Assembly (NCBI RefSeq): GCF_963921235.1
Contig: NC_086097.1
Span: forward strand, 207,020,001 to 207,084,000
DNA: 64,000 nucleotides
Direction: 5' to 3'
From: Mobula hypostoma
Lineage: Eukaryota
Part shown: positions 48,308 to 59,908 of the stretch, in pieces
Layout: each line of letters begins with the position of its first letter
How positions within the stretch are numbered: position 1 is the first letter of the stretch
Notes under the pieces: generated by a model
Databases searched by the model: none
What the model saw: the letters and a program-made list of their open reading frames with translations, nothing else
What the model was told of the DNA's origin: nothing
Position numbers and translations under genes: made by a program

Positions 48308-48799
48308 CTATCAACCAAATCATTTACATATAAAGTAAGAAGTGGTCTCAACACAGACCCCTGTGGAACACCACTAGTCACCAGCAGCCACAGATTATGC
48401 TCATCGTGATCACAGGGAAGAAGATCTGACTGATAAAAAAGGATAAAATTTGTGTTGCAAAGCTGGAATTAATAAGGTGCCCAGCATCATCATTCATGGA
48501 AGGATATGAAGCTCTGAAGTCTGGATGAGAGCACTTGCCAATATGGTTGACCGCAGTCATTGTTGAGCAGTGCCCTTGCTGATAAAGTCAACTGTTCTCT
48601 TTAGCTAATGACAGAGTCATAAACATCAACAAGAGAGACTATTGTCTGTTCTTGTCTACATTTTATCTACTTTTAACTGAATGTCTATCGATGTAAAGTG
48701 GACATCTTGCAATGAATCATACCTAAGATCATTTACATTACTCAGGGATACACTCATTATGTGTTTCCAATGGCATGTCATGAAAAACAATTTTCAATA

Positions 48800-49190
48800 G
48801 ATGCATAGTGTGACTAGTTGTGTCATGGCCTGGTATGGTTATACCAATGTTAAGAATATAAAAGCCTGCAAAAAGTAGTTGATACAAACCAGTAGATCAC
48901 AGGAAAAGCCATCTCCACTGCTGAGCACATCGAAAAGGAGTGCTGCCACAAGAAAGCAGCATCCATCATCAACACCCCCCACCATCCAGGACATGGCTTC
49001 ATCTTGCTGCTCATCAGGATGAAGGTACTGGTGCCTTAGGTCCAACAGCACCAGATTTGTGAACAGTTATTACTCCTCAACCATCAGGCTCCTAAACCAG
49101 CATGGAAAACTTCACTCACATCAATACTGAGCTGAGTCCACAACTGATTCACTTTCAAGGACTTTACAACTTATCAATATCTAACTCAGT
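48800..49190 (+). mobile_element. Old Rex1/Babar-type 3' fragment
   Basis: AGAAAGCAGCATCCATCATCAA, CCATCAGGCTCCTAAAC. Confidence 0.75.
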
Positions 49191-49194
49191 ATTT

Positions 49195-49460
49195 ACTATT
49201 TATTATTATTATTATTATTATTAATTATTATTATCATCATCATGTTTTTCTCAGCTCAAGCTGGTAATACTTGAGGTACAGGCATAGCTAAGCATGCTTG
49301 GATTTTAATTGTTAGAAACTTTTACACTATTGTAGTGGTATTTAGTCTTGTGGTTTTCTGAAGATCTGCATACATATTGCCATGTCAGCGTAATTGTTTA
49401 ATACCATTGTGTAGTGACTTTGGGATAATACCAGTTGCAGATATTTTGATTAGGACAATG
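49195..49460 (-). mobile_element. R4/Dong-like 3' end abutting (TAA)n
   Basis: ADLQKTTRLNTTTIV.KFL and a 3' UTR homologous to 61735-61900, followed directly by (TGA)n(TAA)n. Confidence 0.75.
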
Positions 49461-49690
49461 TATTGGGACAGTTTCTGGGGCTTCAGAGCTGAGTGTCAGA
49501 CCCTGGCAGTAAGCAGCACTGGGCCCCACAGGGGACTGCATTGGCGCCCTTCCTGTTTATCTCGGACTTTAGATACAACACTGAGTCATGTCATCTACAG
49601 AAATTCCCTGATGACTCAGGAAGAGTTGAGTGTATCAAGGGAGGATGGGAAGATGAATATAGGGTCCCGGTGGGAGACTTAGTCAAATAG

Positions 49691-52600
49691 ACCATAAGAC
49701 CATAGGACATAGGAGCAGAATTAGGCCATCTGGCCCGTTGAGACTGCTCCGCTATTCAATCATGGCTGATACTTTTTTTCTATCTCCTCCACAACCCCAG
49801 TTCCCTTCTTCCTGTAACCTTTGATGCCATGTTCAATGAAGACCCTCTCAATCTCTGCCTTAAATACACCCGACAACCTGGACTCCACAGCTGCACGTGG
49901 CAACAAATTCCACAAATTCACACACTTTGGCTAAAGAAGTTTCTTCGCATCTCTGTTTTGAAAGGGCATCCCTCTATCCTAAGGTTGTGCCCTCTTGTTC
50001 TAGACTCCCATCATGGGAAGCATCCTTTCCACATCTACTCTGTCTAGGCCTTACAGCAGTCGAAAGGTTTCAATGAGATTCCCCTTCATGCTTCCAAATT
50101 CCAGAGAGTATAGGCACAGAGCCATCAAACGTTCCTCATATGATAACCCTTTCATTCCTGGAATCATCCTTGTGAACATCTTCTGGACCCTCTCCAATGC
50201 CAGCACAACTTTTCTAAGATGAGGGGCCCAAAACTGTTCACAATACTCAAGGTGAGGTCTCACCAGTGCCTTATGAAGCTCAGCATCACATCCCTGCTCT
50301 TGTATTTAAGATCTCTTGAAATGAATACTAACATGGCATTTGCCTTCCTCACACTGACTCAACCAGCAAGTTAACCTTCAGGTTGTTCTGTGCAAGGACT
50401 CTCAAGCCCCTCTTCATCTCAGATTCCTGGATTTTCTCCCTGTTTAGAAAATAGTCCACACATTTATTTCTACTACCAAAGTGCATGACCATGCATCTTC
50501 CGACATTGTATTTCATTTGCCACTTTCTTGCCCATTCTCCTAATCTGACTAAGTCCTTTTGCATCTTACCTGTTTTCTCAACACTACCTGGCCCTCCACC
50601 AATCATCATATCATCTGTAAACTTGGCTACAAAGCCATCTATTCTATCATCTAAATCATGGATATGCAGCATAAAAAAAGTGGTCCCAACACCAACCCCT
50701 GTGGAACACCATGTCACTGGCAGCCAACCAGAAAAGGATCCTTTTATTGCCACTCTCTGCCTCCTACTAATCATCCGATGCTCTAACCATGTTAGTAACT
50801 TTACTGTAATACCATGGGATCTTAACTTGGTTAGCAGCCTCATGTATGGCACCTTGTCAAAGGCCTTCTGAAAGTCCAAATGCACAACTTCCACTGCAGC
50901 ACCTTTATCTATCCTACTTGTAATCTCTTCAAAGAATTCCAACAGGTTCATTAGGCAGGATTTTCCCTGCATGAAACCATGCTGACTTTGTACTATCTTG
51001 TCCTGTGTCACCAAGTACTCCGTCATTCACCCTTAACAGTTGGCTGTAACATCCTCCCAACCACTGAGGTCAGGCTAACTGGTCTATAATTTCCTTTCTG
51101 CTGCCTTCCTCCTTTCTTAAAGAGTGTAATAACATTTGAAATTTCCTGGTCCTCTGGCATCATGCCAAAGTCCAATGATTTTTATAAGATCATTTCTACT
51201 GCAACCACAATCTCTAACACTACCTCTTTAAGAACCCTAGGGTGCAGTTCATCTGGTTCAGGTGACTTATGTACCTTTAAGTCTTTCAATTTTTTGAGCA
51301 CCTTCTCCCTTGTTACAGTAATTGCATCCACTTCTCTTCTTTCACACACTATAACAGCAGGCATACTGCTGGTGTCTTTCAAAGTGAAGACTGATGCAAA
51401 ATACTTATTTAGTTCAGCAGCCATCTCCTTGTCCCTCATTTTTATTTTTGTTGCTTCATTTTCTAGTGGTCCTATATCCATTCTCATTTCTCTTTTATTT
51501 TTAACATACTTGAAAAAACTTTTACTATCCACTTTAATATTATTTGCTAGGACCCTGGTCAGACCCCACTTGGAGTACTGTGCTCAGTTCTGGTCGCCTC
51601 ACTACAGGAAGGATGTGGAAACCATAGAAAGGGTGCAGAGGAGATTTACAAGGATGTTGCCTGGATTGGGGAGCATGCCTTATGAAAACAGGTTGAGTGA
51701 ACTCGGTCTTTTCTCCTTGGAGCGACGGAGGATGAGAGGTGACCTGATAGAGGTGTATAAGATGATGAGAGGCATTGATCGTGTGGATATCAGAGGCTTT
51801 TTGCCAGGGCTGAAATGGCTGCCACAAGAGGATACAGGTTTAAGGTGCTTGGGAGTAGGTACAGAGGAGATGTCAGGGGTAAGTTTTTTACTCAGAGAAT
51901 GATGAGTGCGTGGAATGGGCTGCCGGCAACAGTGGTGGAGTTGGATATGATAGGGTCTTTTAAGAGACTTCTGGGTAGGTACATGGAGCTTAGAAAAGTA
52001 GAGGGCTATGGGGAAGTCTAGTAAATTCTATGGTAGGGACATGTTCGGCAAAACTTTGTGGGCTGAACAGCCTGTACTGTATTAGGTTTTCTATGTTTCT
52101 ATGCTAGCTTGCTTTCATATTTCAACTTTTCCATTCTAATGATTTCTTCAGTTGCTCTCTGTAGTTTTTTTTAAACTCCCCAATGCTCTATCTTCTTAAT
52201 AATTTTTCTTTATTGTATGCCCTTTCTTTTGCTTTTACAACTATTTTACCATTTGAGTATTTCTTCATTTTTGAAATACACATGTCCTGCACCTTTCTTA
52301 TTTTTCCCAGAAACACATGCCATTGCTGCTCTGCTGACATCCCTGCCAGCAGCTCCTTCCAAGTTACTTTGACCAACTCCTCTCTCACAGCACTGTAATT
52401 TCCCTTACTACACAGAAATACTGCTACATCAGACTTTATGTTTTCCCTATCAAATTTCAAATTGCACAATAATGTTGTGATCACTGGTTCCTAAGGGTTC
52501 TTTTACCTTAAGCTCCCTAATTGCCTCTGGTTAATTACATAACACCCAATCCAGTATAGCTGATGCCCTAGTAGGCTCAACAACAAACTGCTCTAAAAAT

Positions 52601-54332
52601 CTATCTCAACAAACTCACTCTCTTGAGATCCATTACCAACCTGATTTTCCCAAACAACCTGCATGTTAAAATCTCCTGTGACTACTGTAACATTGCCCTT
52701 TTGACTCGCATTTTCTATTTCCTGTTGTAACCTATGGTCCACCTCCCAGCCACTGTTGGGAGGCCTGTATATAACTGCCATCAATGTCCTTTTGCCCTTG
52801 CAGTTTCTTAACTCAACCCACTAGGATTCAACATTTTCTGATCCTATGTCACATCTTTCTACTGATTTGATGCCATTCTTTACCAATAGAGCCACACCAC
52901 CCCGTCTGCCTACCTTCCTATCCCTCCGATGCAACGTTTAACCTTGGACGTTCAGCTCCCAACTACAACCATCCTTCAGCCACGATTCAGTGATGGCCAC
53001 TACATCATACCTGTAATATTGCAACAAGATCATCCACCTTATTTATTATACTACGTTCATCTAGATACACCATATTTGCTGTCCTTTCTGACTCTGCATC
53101 CTTAATGATTTGATACTCAGTCTGTTGGCTGCAACTAAGTCCCATCACCTGCCTGCCCTTCCTGACAATCTCACTGCATGCTATTTAACTTTTTTACCAT
53201 CTGTCCTTCCCTGAGTCCCTTCACTCCGGTTCCCACTCCCCTGCCAAGTTAGCTTAAACCCTCCCAACAGCTCTAACAAACCTGTCCGTGAGAATATTGG
53301 TACCCCTTGGGTTTAGGTGCAACCTGTCACTTTTGAACAAGTCATACCTCCCCCAGAAAAGATCCCAATTTTCCAAGAACCTGAAGCCCTGCCCTCTGCA
53401 CCAGCTTCTCAGTCATGTATTCATCTGCCAAATCATCCTGTTTTACCCTCACTGGTGTGTGACATGGGTAGCAATCCAGAAATTACTACCTGGGAGGTCC
53501 TGCTTCTCAGCTTTCTAACCCGCTCTCTAAATTCTCTTTTCAGGATTTCATTGTTTTACCTTCCTATGTCATTGGTACCAATATGTACCAAGACATCTGG
53601 CTGCTCTCCCTTCCTCCCCAAAATGTTGTGGACACGATCTGAGACATCCCTGACCCTGGCACCTGGGAGGCAACATACCATCCGGGTGTCCCATTCATGT
53701 CCACAGAATCTCCTGTCTGTTCTCCTCACTGTGGAGTCCCCTATCACTACTGCTCCCTTCTTCTCTCTCTTTCTCTTCCGCACCACGGACCCATGCTCAG
53801 TGCCTGTAACCCGGTCACTGTGGCATTCTCCTGGGAGGTCATCCCCCACAAAAGCATCCAAAGTAGTTTACTTATTTTTCAGGAGAATGGCCACAGGTGT
53901 CCTCTGCTCTCACTGCCTAGTTCCATTTCTCCTGACAGCCACCCAACTACTTGCCTCCTGCAACTACATGGTGATACCTCCCTGTAACTTCGATCAATTA
54001 TATCATCCCTCTTCCGTACAAGCCGAAGGTCAACCAGTTGCTGCTCCAGATCCCTAACACGGTCTTCAAGGAGCTGCAGCAGACTCTGGGTCTCCCAGTT
54101 CTCCAACATCTAGCATGAAGAGCACACCACAGCCATTTAAATGTTACCATAAGAGAGGGGGAAAAGAAATAAAAAGGAAACCTTAATAGATGCTTTACAC
54201 AGAGCCGACGCCTCTTCCGAGCCGAAGCCTCCGTTGAGCCAAAGCCTGTTGCTTCTACTCTTACCACTGGCCTACTCCTGTACAATGGCCACCCGGACAA
54301 TGGCCGCTCCCCTTATCCCTTCTGTACTTTTA
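49691..54332 (-). mobile_element. Near full-length CR1 (5' UTR, ORF1 with SGNH esterase, ORF2 APE-RT)
   Basis: ORF1 LEDRVRDLEQQL and VIGDS...CLPGARVRDV...VHIGTND; ORF2 IYRPP, GDFN, DFQKAFD, KFTDD; CTTATGGT tail. Confidence 0.95.
51551..52101 (+). mobile_element. CR1 3' end nested antisense in the long CR1
   Basis: TSD TGCTAG at 51545-51550 and 52102-52107; [19 protein letters not shown] tail. Confidence 0.95.
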
Positions 54333-54840
54333 TTTAGTTCATGGAGATCTGTTGATGCCGCTGATAAGCATGTACAATAGACAAATGCTCTCGAAGCTCT
54401 ATCTTTAGATACTGCCGCCAACTTGTGACAAATTCCTCTTGGTAAAGCTCTGTTGATGTCACTAATAGGCCATGTGCAACCGGCTGAATCATCTGCAGAT
54501 CAGCATCAGTAAGAAGAAGAAAGAGGTGGTGATGAACTTTAAGAAGAGTAAACCTGCACTGTTCCCTATTACTATTGATGGTGACTTTGTGGATGTGGTG
54601 AGGACCTACAGGTACCTGGGGGTGCACATGGATGACAGACTTGAGTGGAACACCAACACAGAGGCAATGTACATGAAGGGCCAGAGTTGCCTCTACTTCT
54701 TGAGGAGACTGAGGTCCTTTGGAGAACTCAGTCCTCTCCTTCACATGGTTCTACCAGTCTGTTGTAACCAGTACAAACTATGCAGTGGTGTGCTGAGGCA
54801 ACGGCATCAACACAGGTGATGCCAACAAGCTCAATAAACT

Positions 54841-55969
54841 CGCAAACATGAGGAAATCTGCAGATGCTGGAATTTCAAGCAACACACATAAAAATTGCTG
54901 GTGAACGCTGCAGGTCAGGCAGCAACTATAGGAAGAGGTACAGTCGATGTTTCAGGCCAAGACCCTTTGTCAGGACTAACTGAAAGAAGAGATAGTAAGA
55001 GATTTCAAAGTGTGAGGGGGAGAGGGAGATCGGAAATGATAGGAGAAGACAGGAGGGGGAGGGATGGAGCTAAGAGCTGGAAAGTTGATTGGCAAAAGGG
55101 ATAAGAGAGGATCATGGGATAGGTGGCCCAGGGAGAAAGAAAAGCGGGGGAAGCCCAGAGTATGGGCAAGGGGTATAGTGAGAGGGACAGAGGGAGAAAA
55201 AGGAGAGAGAAAAAAAAATTAATAATAAATACATAAATAAATAAATAACAGATAGGGTACAAAGGGGAGGTGGGGCATTAACGGAAGTTAGAGAAGTCAA
55301 TGTTCATCCATCTGGTTGGAGGCTACCCAGACGGAATATAAGGTGTTGTTCCTCCAACCTGAGTGTGGCTTCATCTTGAGAGTAAAGGAGGCCATGGATA
55401 GGTATAGCAGAATGGGACTGGGATGTGGAATTAGAATGTGTGGCCACTGGGAGATCCTGCTTTCTCTGGCAGACAGAGCATAGGTGTTCAGCGAAATGGT
55501 CTCCCAGCCTGCGTCGGGTCTCGCCAATATATAGAAGGCCACATCGGGAGCACCGGCCGCAGTATATCACCCCAGCCAACTCACAGGTGAAATGTCGCCT
55601 CACCTGGAAGGACTATCTGGGGCCCCGAATGGTTTCTTCTCTCTCCTTTTTGTCCCTCTGTCCCTCTCACTATACTCCTTGCCCATCCTCTGGGATTCCC
55701 CCCCACCCTTTTCTTTCTCCCTGGGCCTCCTGTCCCATGATCCTCTCATATCCCTTTTGCCAATCAACTTTCCAGCTCTTGGCTCCATCCCTCCCCCTCC
55801 TGTCTTCTCCTATCATTTCAGATCTCCCTCTCCCCCTCCCACTTTCAAATCTCTTACTAGCTCTTCTTTCAGTTAGTCCTGACGAAAGGTCTCGGCCCAA
55901 AAGGTCGACTGTACCTCTTCCTGTAGATGCTGCCTGGCCTGCTGCGTTCACCAGCAGTTTTTATGTGTG
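54841..55969. mobile_element. Tail-out inverted Penelope-like insert with GIY-YIG (55304-55603, -)
   Basis: 14-bp TSD AAGCT[C/T]AATAAACT (54827-54840, 55970-55983), inversion junction at ~55633, degenerate hammerheads at 54941-54978 (-) and 55874-55911 (+). Confidence 0.95.
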
Positions 55970-56314
55970 AAGCTTAATAAACTGATTAGAAAGGCTGGCT
56001 CTGTTATAGGAGTCAAATTGGAGACACTGGAGGCTGTGGTAGAACAAAGGACCCTACAGAAAATCCTGGCAATTCTGGACAATGTTTCTCAGGCTCTGCA
56101 GGCCACCTTGGCTGAACAGAAGAGCACTTTTCGTAATAGACTAAGACAACCATGCTGCTCCAAAGAGCACTTTATGAGATCATTCTTACCCTCGGCCATT
56201 TGGCTCTATAATGAGTCAACCTATAGCTGGGGAAGTGATGACCCCGCCCCTTCTTTTAGACTGTTTGAGGTAACTTATTTTTTATTCTTTCTTACTTCTC
56301 TTCTAATATTTGTA

Positions 56315-56923
56315 CGAGGGGAGATTGATATGTTCAGGGCCTAAAGTAGGAGTCAATTTTAGAAAACCTCGCACATTTATTCTTCAATATCGTATCCTCG
56401 TACATTTACACACTTAGTCCAGTGGTTGTGGTTCATACGGATCTTGGACCTCCAGAAAGTGCCCACAGATGGGTGATTGATAAGTTTGTGGCTTAAGGTA
56501 GAAGGAGATGAGTTATACAGCTCTCGTTACATGCACATGCAGGTCAACTCTTTGAGTGATTATGCAGAAAATTTGAAGTTAATAACTCATCTTCTTCTAC
56601 CTTAGGCCACGAAGTTATCAATCACCCCTGATGAGTTATTAACTGATAAGTTACTAACTTCAAACTTTCTGCATGATCACTCAAAGAGTTGAACATGCAT
56701 GCGCATGTAACGAGAGCTGTATAACTCATCTCTTTCTACTTTAGGCCATGAACTTATCAATCACCCCTGCTGTGGACACTTTCTGGAGGTCCAAGATCCG
56801 TATGCTCCACGACCGCTGGACTAAGTGTGTAAATGTAGAAGGGGACTATGTTGAAAAATAAATGTGCTAGGTTTTCTGAAATTGACTCCTACCTTAGGCC
56901 ATGAACTTATCAATCACCCCTCG
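56315..56923. mobile_element. Mariner-derived fold-back MITE
   Basis: TA TSD; TIR CGAGGGG.GATTGATA.GTTC..GGCCTAA; transposase C-terminus IRMLHDRWTKCVNVEGDYVEK* at 56796-56861; ~270-bp inverted arms. Confidence 0.93.
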
Positions 56924-57781
56924 TATATCTGTGTACTTATAATGCAACTGCGACGCTGTAATTTCTGTTGGGATCAATAAATAATACCTATACCCTGTTC
57001 ATGTTCCATTGCCTTTCAATTCCCTCTTTTAATTCGCCATATTTGTGGTGGCTTTCACTTATTGATTGCTTTATGTTATGTGTGTTTGGAATAGCTATTA
57101 AATAAGCTGTATCATTTGTCATTTCAGTTTTTATGTTTCTTTCCAATTTTTCCAAGTTAGTTTCAGACCAGGATATTATGCCAAAAGAATATGTTAACAT
57201 GAGTATAGCGAAGCGTTTATTGCCTTTGTCATCATTTTACTATTGAGATCTGTTTTGCAGATTTCCCTAACATCTATTTTCTTAGTTTGTTGATATGTTT
57301 CATGTTCATCCACTGGCTGTGTTGCTTCCTGCTGCTGTTTTATATTCTACTAGTTTTAGTGCACTTTCTTTATGTTTAATGTTCTGAACTCACCTCGTCC
57401 AAAGTTCATGTTTATACCTTCAGAAATTAGTCCTGCTATTTGAATTATTTGCTTTAGCTTTACTAATGAAGGAATGTATAATTTCAAATCGTCCATGTTG
57501 AGAGGATGCATAAAGGCATCATTTGTTTAGTTGTTTATGCCCTATTGTCATCCAATTCAGTAAAGTAGAGCACAGGTTTGAAGCTCGACAAAGCCATAGT
57601 GGGCTTAGAGTCACCCTGGAAAACGCTTGGATTATTTTGATAGTGGTGTTTGTTCTTTTTTGGCTGCTAATAGATAGGGTGATTACAGTATGCCAATGCT
57701 TCATCAGAGGTTAAAGGAATTTCACAAGTATTGGGTGTAGTTTATATATAAACGTCTATTAAGGTGGCAGGGTGGAAATAC

Positions 57782-58745
57782 ATCGGAATCAGGTTTAGTA
57801 TCACCGGCATGTGACGTGAAATTTGTTAACTTGGCAGCAACAGTTCAATGCAATACATAATTTAGAAGAAAAAAAAACAACAAAATAAAATAATAATAAA
57901 TAAATCTATTACAGCATACATATATTGAATAGACTAAAAATCATGCAAAAAACAGAAATACTATGTATTAAAAAAAGTGAGGTAGTGTTCAAGGGTTCAA
58001 TGTCCATTTAGGAATCGGATGGCCGAGGAGAAGTTGTTCCTGAATCGCTGAGTGTGTGCCTTCAGGCTTCTGTACCTCCTACCTGATGGTAACAGTGAGA
58101 AAAGGGCATGCCCTGGGTGCTGGAGGTCCTTAATAATGGACGCTGCCTTTCTGAGACACTGCTCCTTGAAAATGTCCTGGGTACTTTGTAGTCTAGTACC
58201 CAAGATGGAGCTGACTAAATTTACAACCTTCTGCAGCTATTTTCAGTCCTATGTAGTAGTTCTCCCCCACCCCCATACCAGACAGTGATGCAGCCTGTCA
58301 GAATGCTCTCCACAATACATCTACAGAAGTTTTTGAGTGTATCTCTTCAAACTCCTAATGAAGTATAGTTGCTGCCTTGCCTTCTTTGTAACTGCATCAA
58401 TATATTGGGACCAGGTTAGATCCTCAGAGATCTTGAAACCCAGGAACTTCAAACTGCTCACTCTCTCCTCTTCTGATCTCTCTATGAGGATTGGTATGTG
58501 TTCCTTCGTCTTACCCTTCCTGAAGTCCACATTCAGCTCTTTCGTCTTACTGAAAGAGAACCAGGTTGTTGCTTCGGCACTATTCCACTAGTTGGCATAC
58601 CTCACTCCTGTACTCCCTCTCGACTCCATCTGAGATTCTACCAACAATGGATGTATCATCAGCAAATTTATAGATGGTGTTTGAGCAATGCCTAGCCACA
58701 CAGTCATGGGTATATAGAGAGTAGAGCAGTGGGCTAAGCACACAC
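57782..58745 (-). mobile_element. 5'-truncated Rex1/Babar-type LINE
   Basis: CVLSPLLYSLYTHDC, YKFADDT, VDFRKGK; AAACCTGATTC tail. Confidence 0.93.
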
Positions 58746-58749
58746 ACGT

Positions 58750-59908
58750 GATGTAGAAAAAGGAGGTGTCTACAACAGGAGGTGTAAGACATTCCTTCCC
58801 TCTGCTAGCCTGCAGTTAACCCTTGGGCAAGGTGTAGCACCTGCTTAGCCCTCCAATCAAGATCACGTGAAGCTATTTGAGCAGGGGGTGGATAGTCGTA
58901 TGAGCAGCTGGTGCATATTACAAGTCCTGCTATGCAACTACTGACACCTGACAGACTATGTCACATGGTGTGAGCAGAATTATCTGCAGCTTAATGTGAA
59001 AAAGACTAAGGAGCTGGTGGTAGACCTGAGGAGAGCTAAGGTATTGGTGACCCTTGTTTCCATCCAGGGGGTCAGTGTGGACATGGTGGAGGATTACAAA
59101 TACCTGGGGATACGAATTGACAATAAACTGGACTGGTCAAAGAACACTGAGGCTGTCTACAAGAAGGGTCAGAGCCGTCTCTATTTCCTGAGGAGACTGA
59201 GGTCCTTTAACATCTGCCGGACGATGCTGAGGATATTCTACGAGTCTGTGGTAGCCAGTGCGATCATGTTTGCTGTTGTGTGCTGGGGCAGCAGGCTGAG
59301 GGTAGCAGACACCAACAGAATCAACAAACTCATTCGTAAGGCCAGTGATATTGTGGGGATGGAACTGGACTCTCTCATGGTGGTGTCTGAAAAGAGGATG
59401 CTGTCCAAGTTGCATGCCATCTTGGACAATGTCTCCCATCCACTACAAAATGTACTGGTTGGGCACAGGAGTACTTTCAGTCAGAGACTCATTCCATCGA
59501 GATGCAAGACAGAGCATCATAGGAAGTCATTCCTGCCTGTGGCCATCAAACCTTACAACTCCTCCCTTGGAGGGTCAGACACCCTGAGCCAATAGGCTGG
59601 TCCTGGACTTATTTCCTGGCATAACTTACATATTACTATTTAATTATTTATGGTTTTATTACTATTTAATTATTTATGGTGCAACTGTAACGAAAACCAA
59701 TTTCCCCCGGGATCAATAAAGTATGACTATGACTATGACTATCTCTGAACAGTATTGATAATGGCTGGGGTCACTCATCTTATAAATACACTGCTCAGAA
59801 TAAGGCAATGGCAAACCACTTCTGTAGAAAAGTTTGTCAAGAACAATCATGGTCATGGAACCATGGTCATCTATGTCATACAACACAGTGCATAATAATG
59901 ATGACGAT
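58750..59908 (+). mobile_element. RTE-related SINE-like element split by a Rex insertion
   Basis: AAGGCAATGGCAAACCACTTC (Bov-A/RTE UTR-like motif) and an ATGATGA-type tail; the halves join at GACTAT. Confidence 0.5.
58960..59736 (+). mobile_element. Young 5'-truncated Rex1/Babar-type LINE
   Basis: Uninterrupted frame of at least 199 aa (KTKELVVDLRR, YKYLG, RLYFLRRLRSF), a (GACTAT)n tail, and GACTAT at both junctions. Confidence 0.95.

Larger units (their letters stand above)
45823..48390 (-). mobile_element. 5'-truncated CR1 interrupted by a PLE
   Basis: GVPQGSVL at ~48350-48372 continues at 46730 with VARFADNTK and ends in a CTTATGG tail. Confidence 0.92.
49465..56980 (+). mobile_element. 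Rex1/Babar-type LINE host (49465-49690, ~54476-54840, 55970-56312, 56926-56980) split by CR1, PLE and mariner
   Basis: APQGTALAPFLF..DFRYNTESCHLQKFPDDS, then NHLQISISK..RTYRYLGVHMDDRLEW, then KLNKLIRKAGSVIG..RSFLPSAI.LYN; ends GGGATCAATAAA. Confidence 0.85.

Noticed and set aside
51162..51902. 246-aa ORF with hydrophobic N-terminus
   Set aside because: Antisense CR1 read-through fused to a nested sense CR1 at the TGCTAG TSD.
53556..53861. Host GDSL/SGNH lipase gene
   Set aside because: It sits upstream of CR1 ORF2 in the same orientation; an esterase ORF1 is established for CR1.
53317..54057. 246-aa + strand ORF
   Set aside because: Antisense shadow of CR1 ORF1.
49686..54468. AATAG as TSD of the long CR1
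   Set aside because: Rex similarity resumes only near 54476, so the 5-bp match may be chance.
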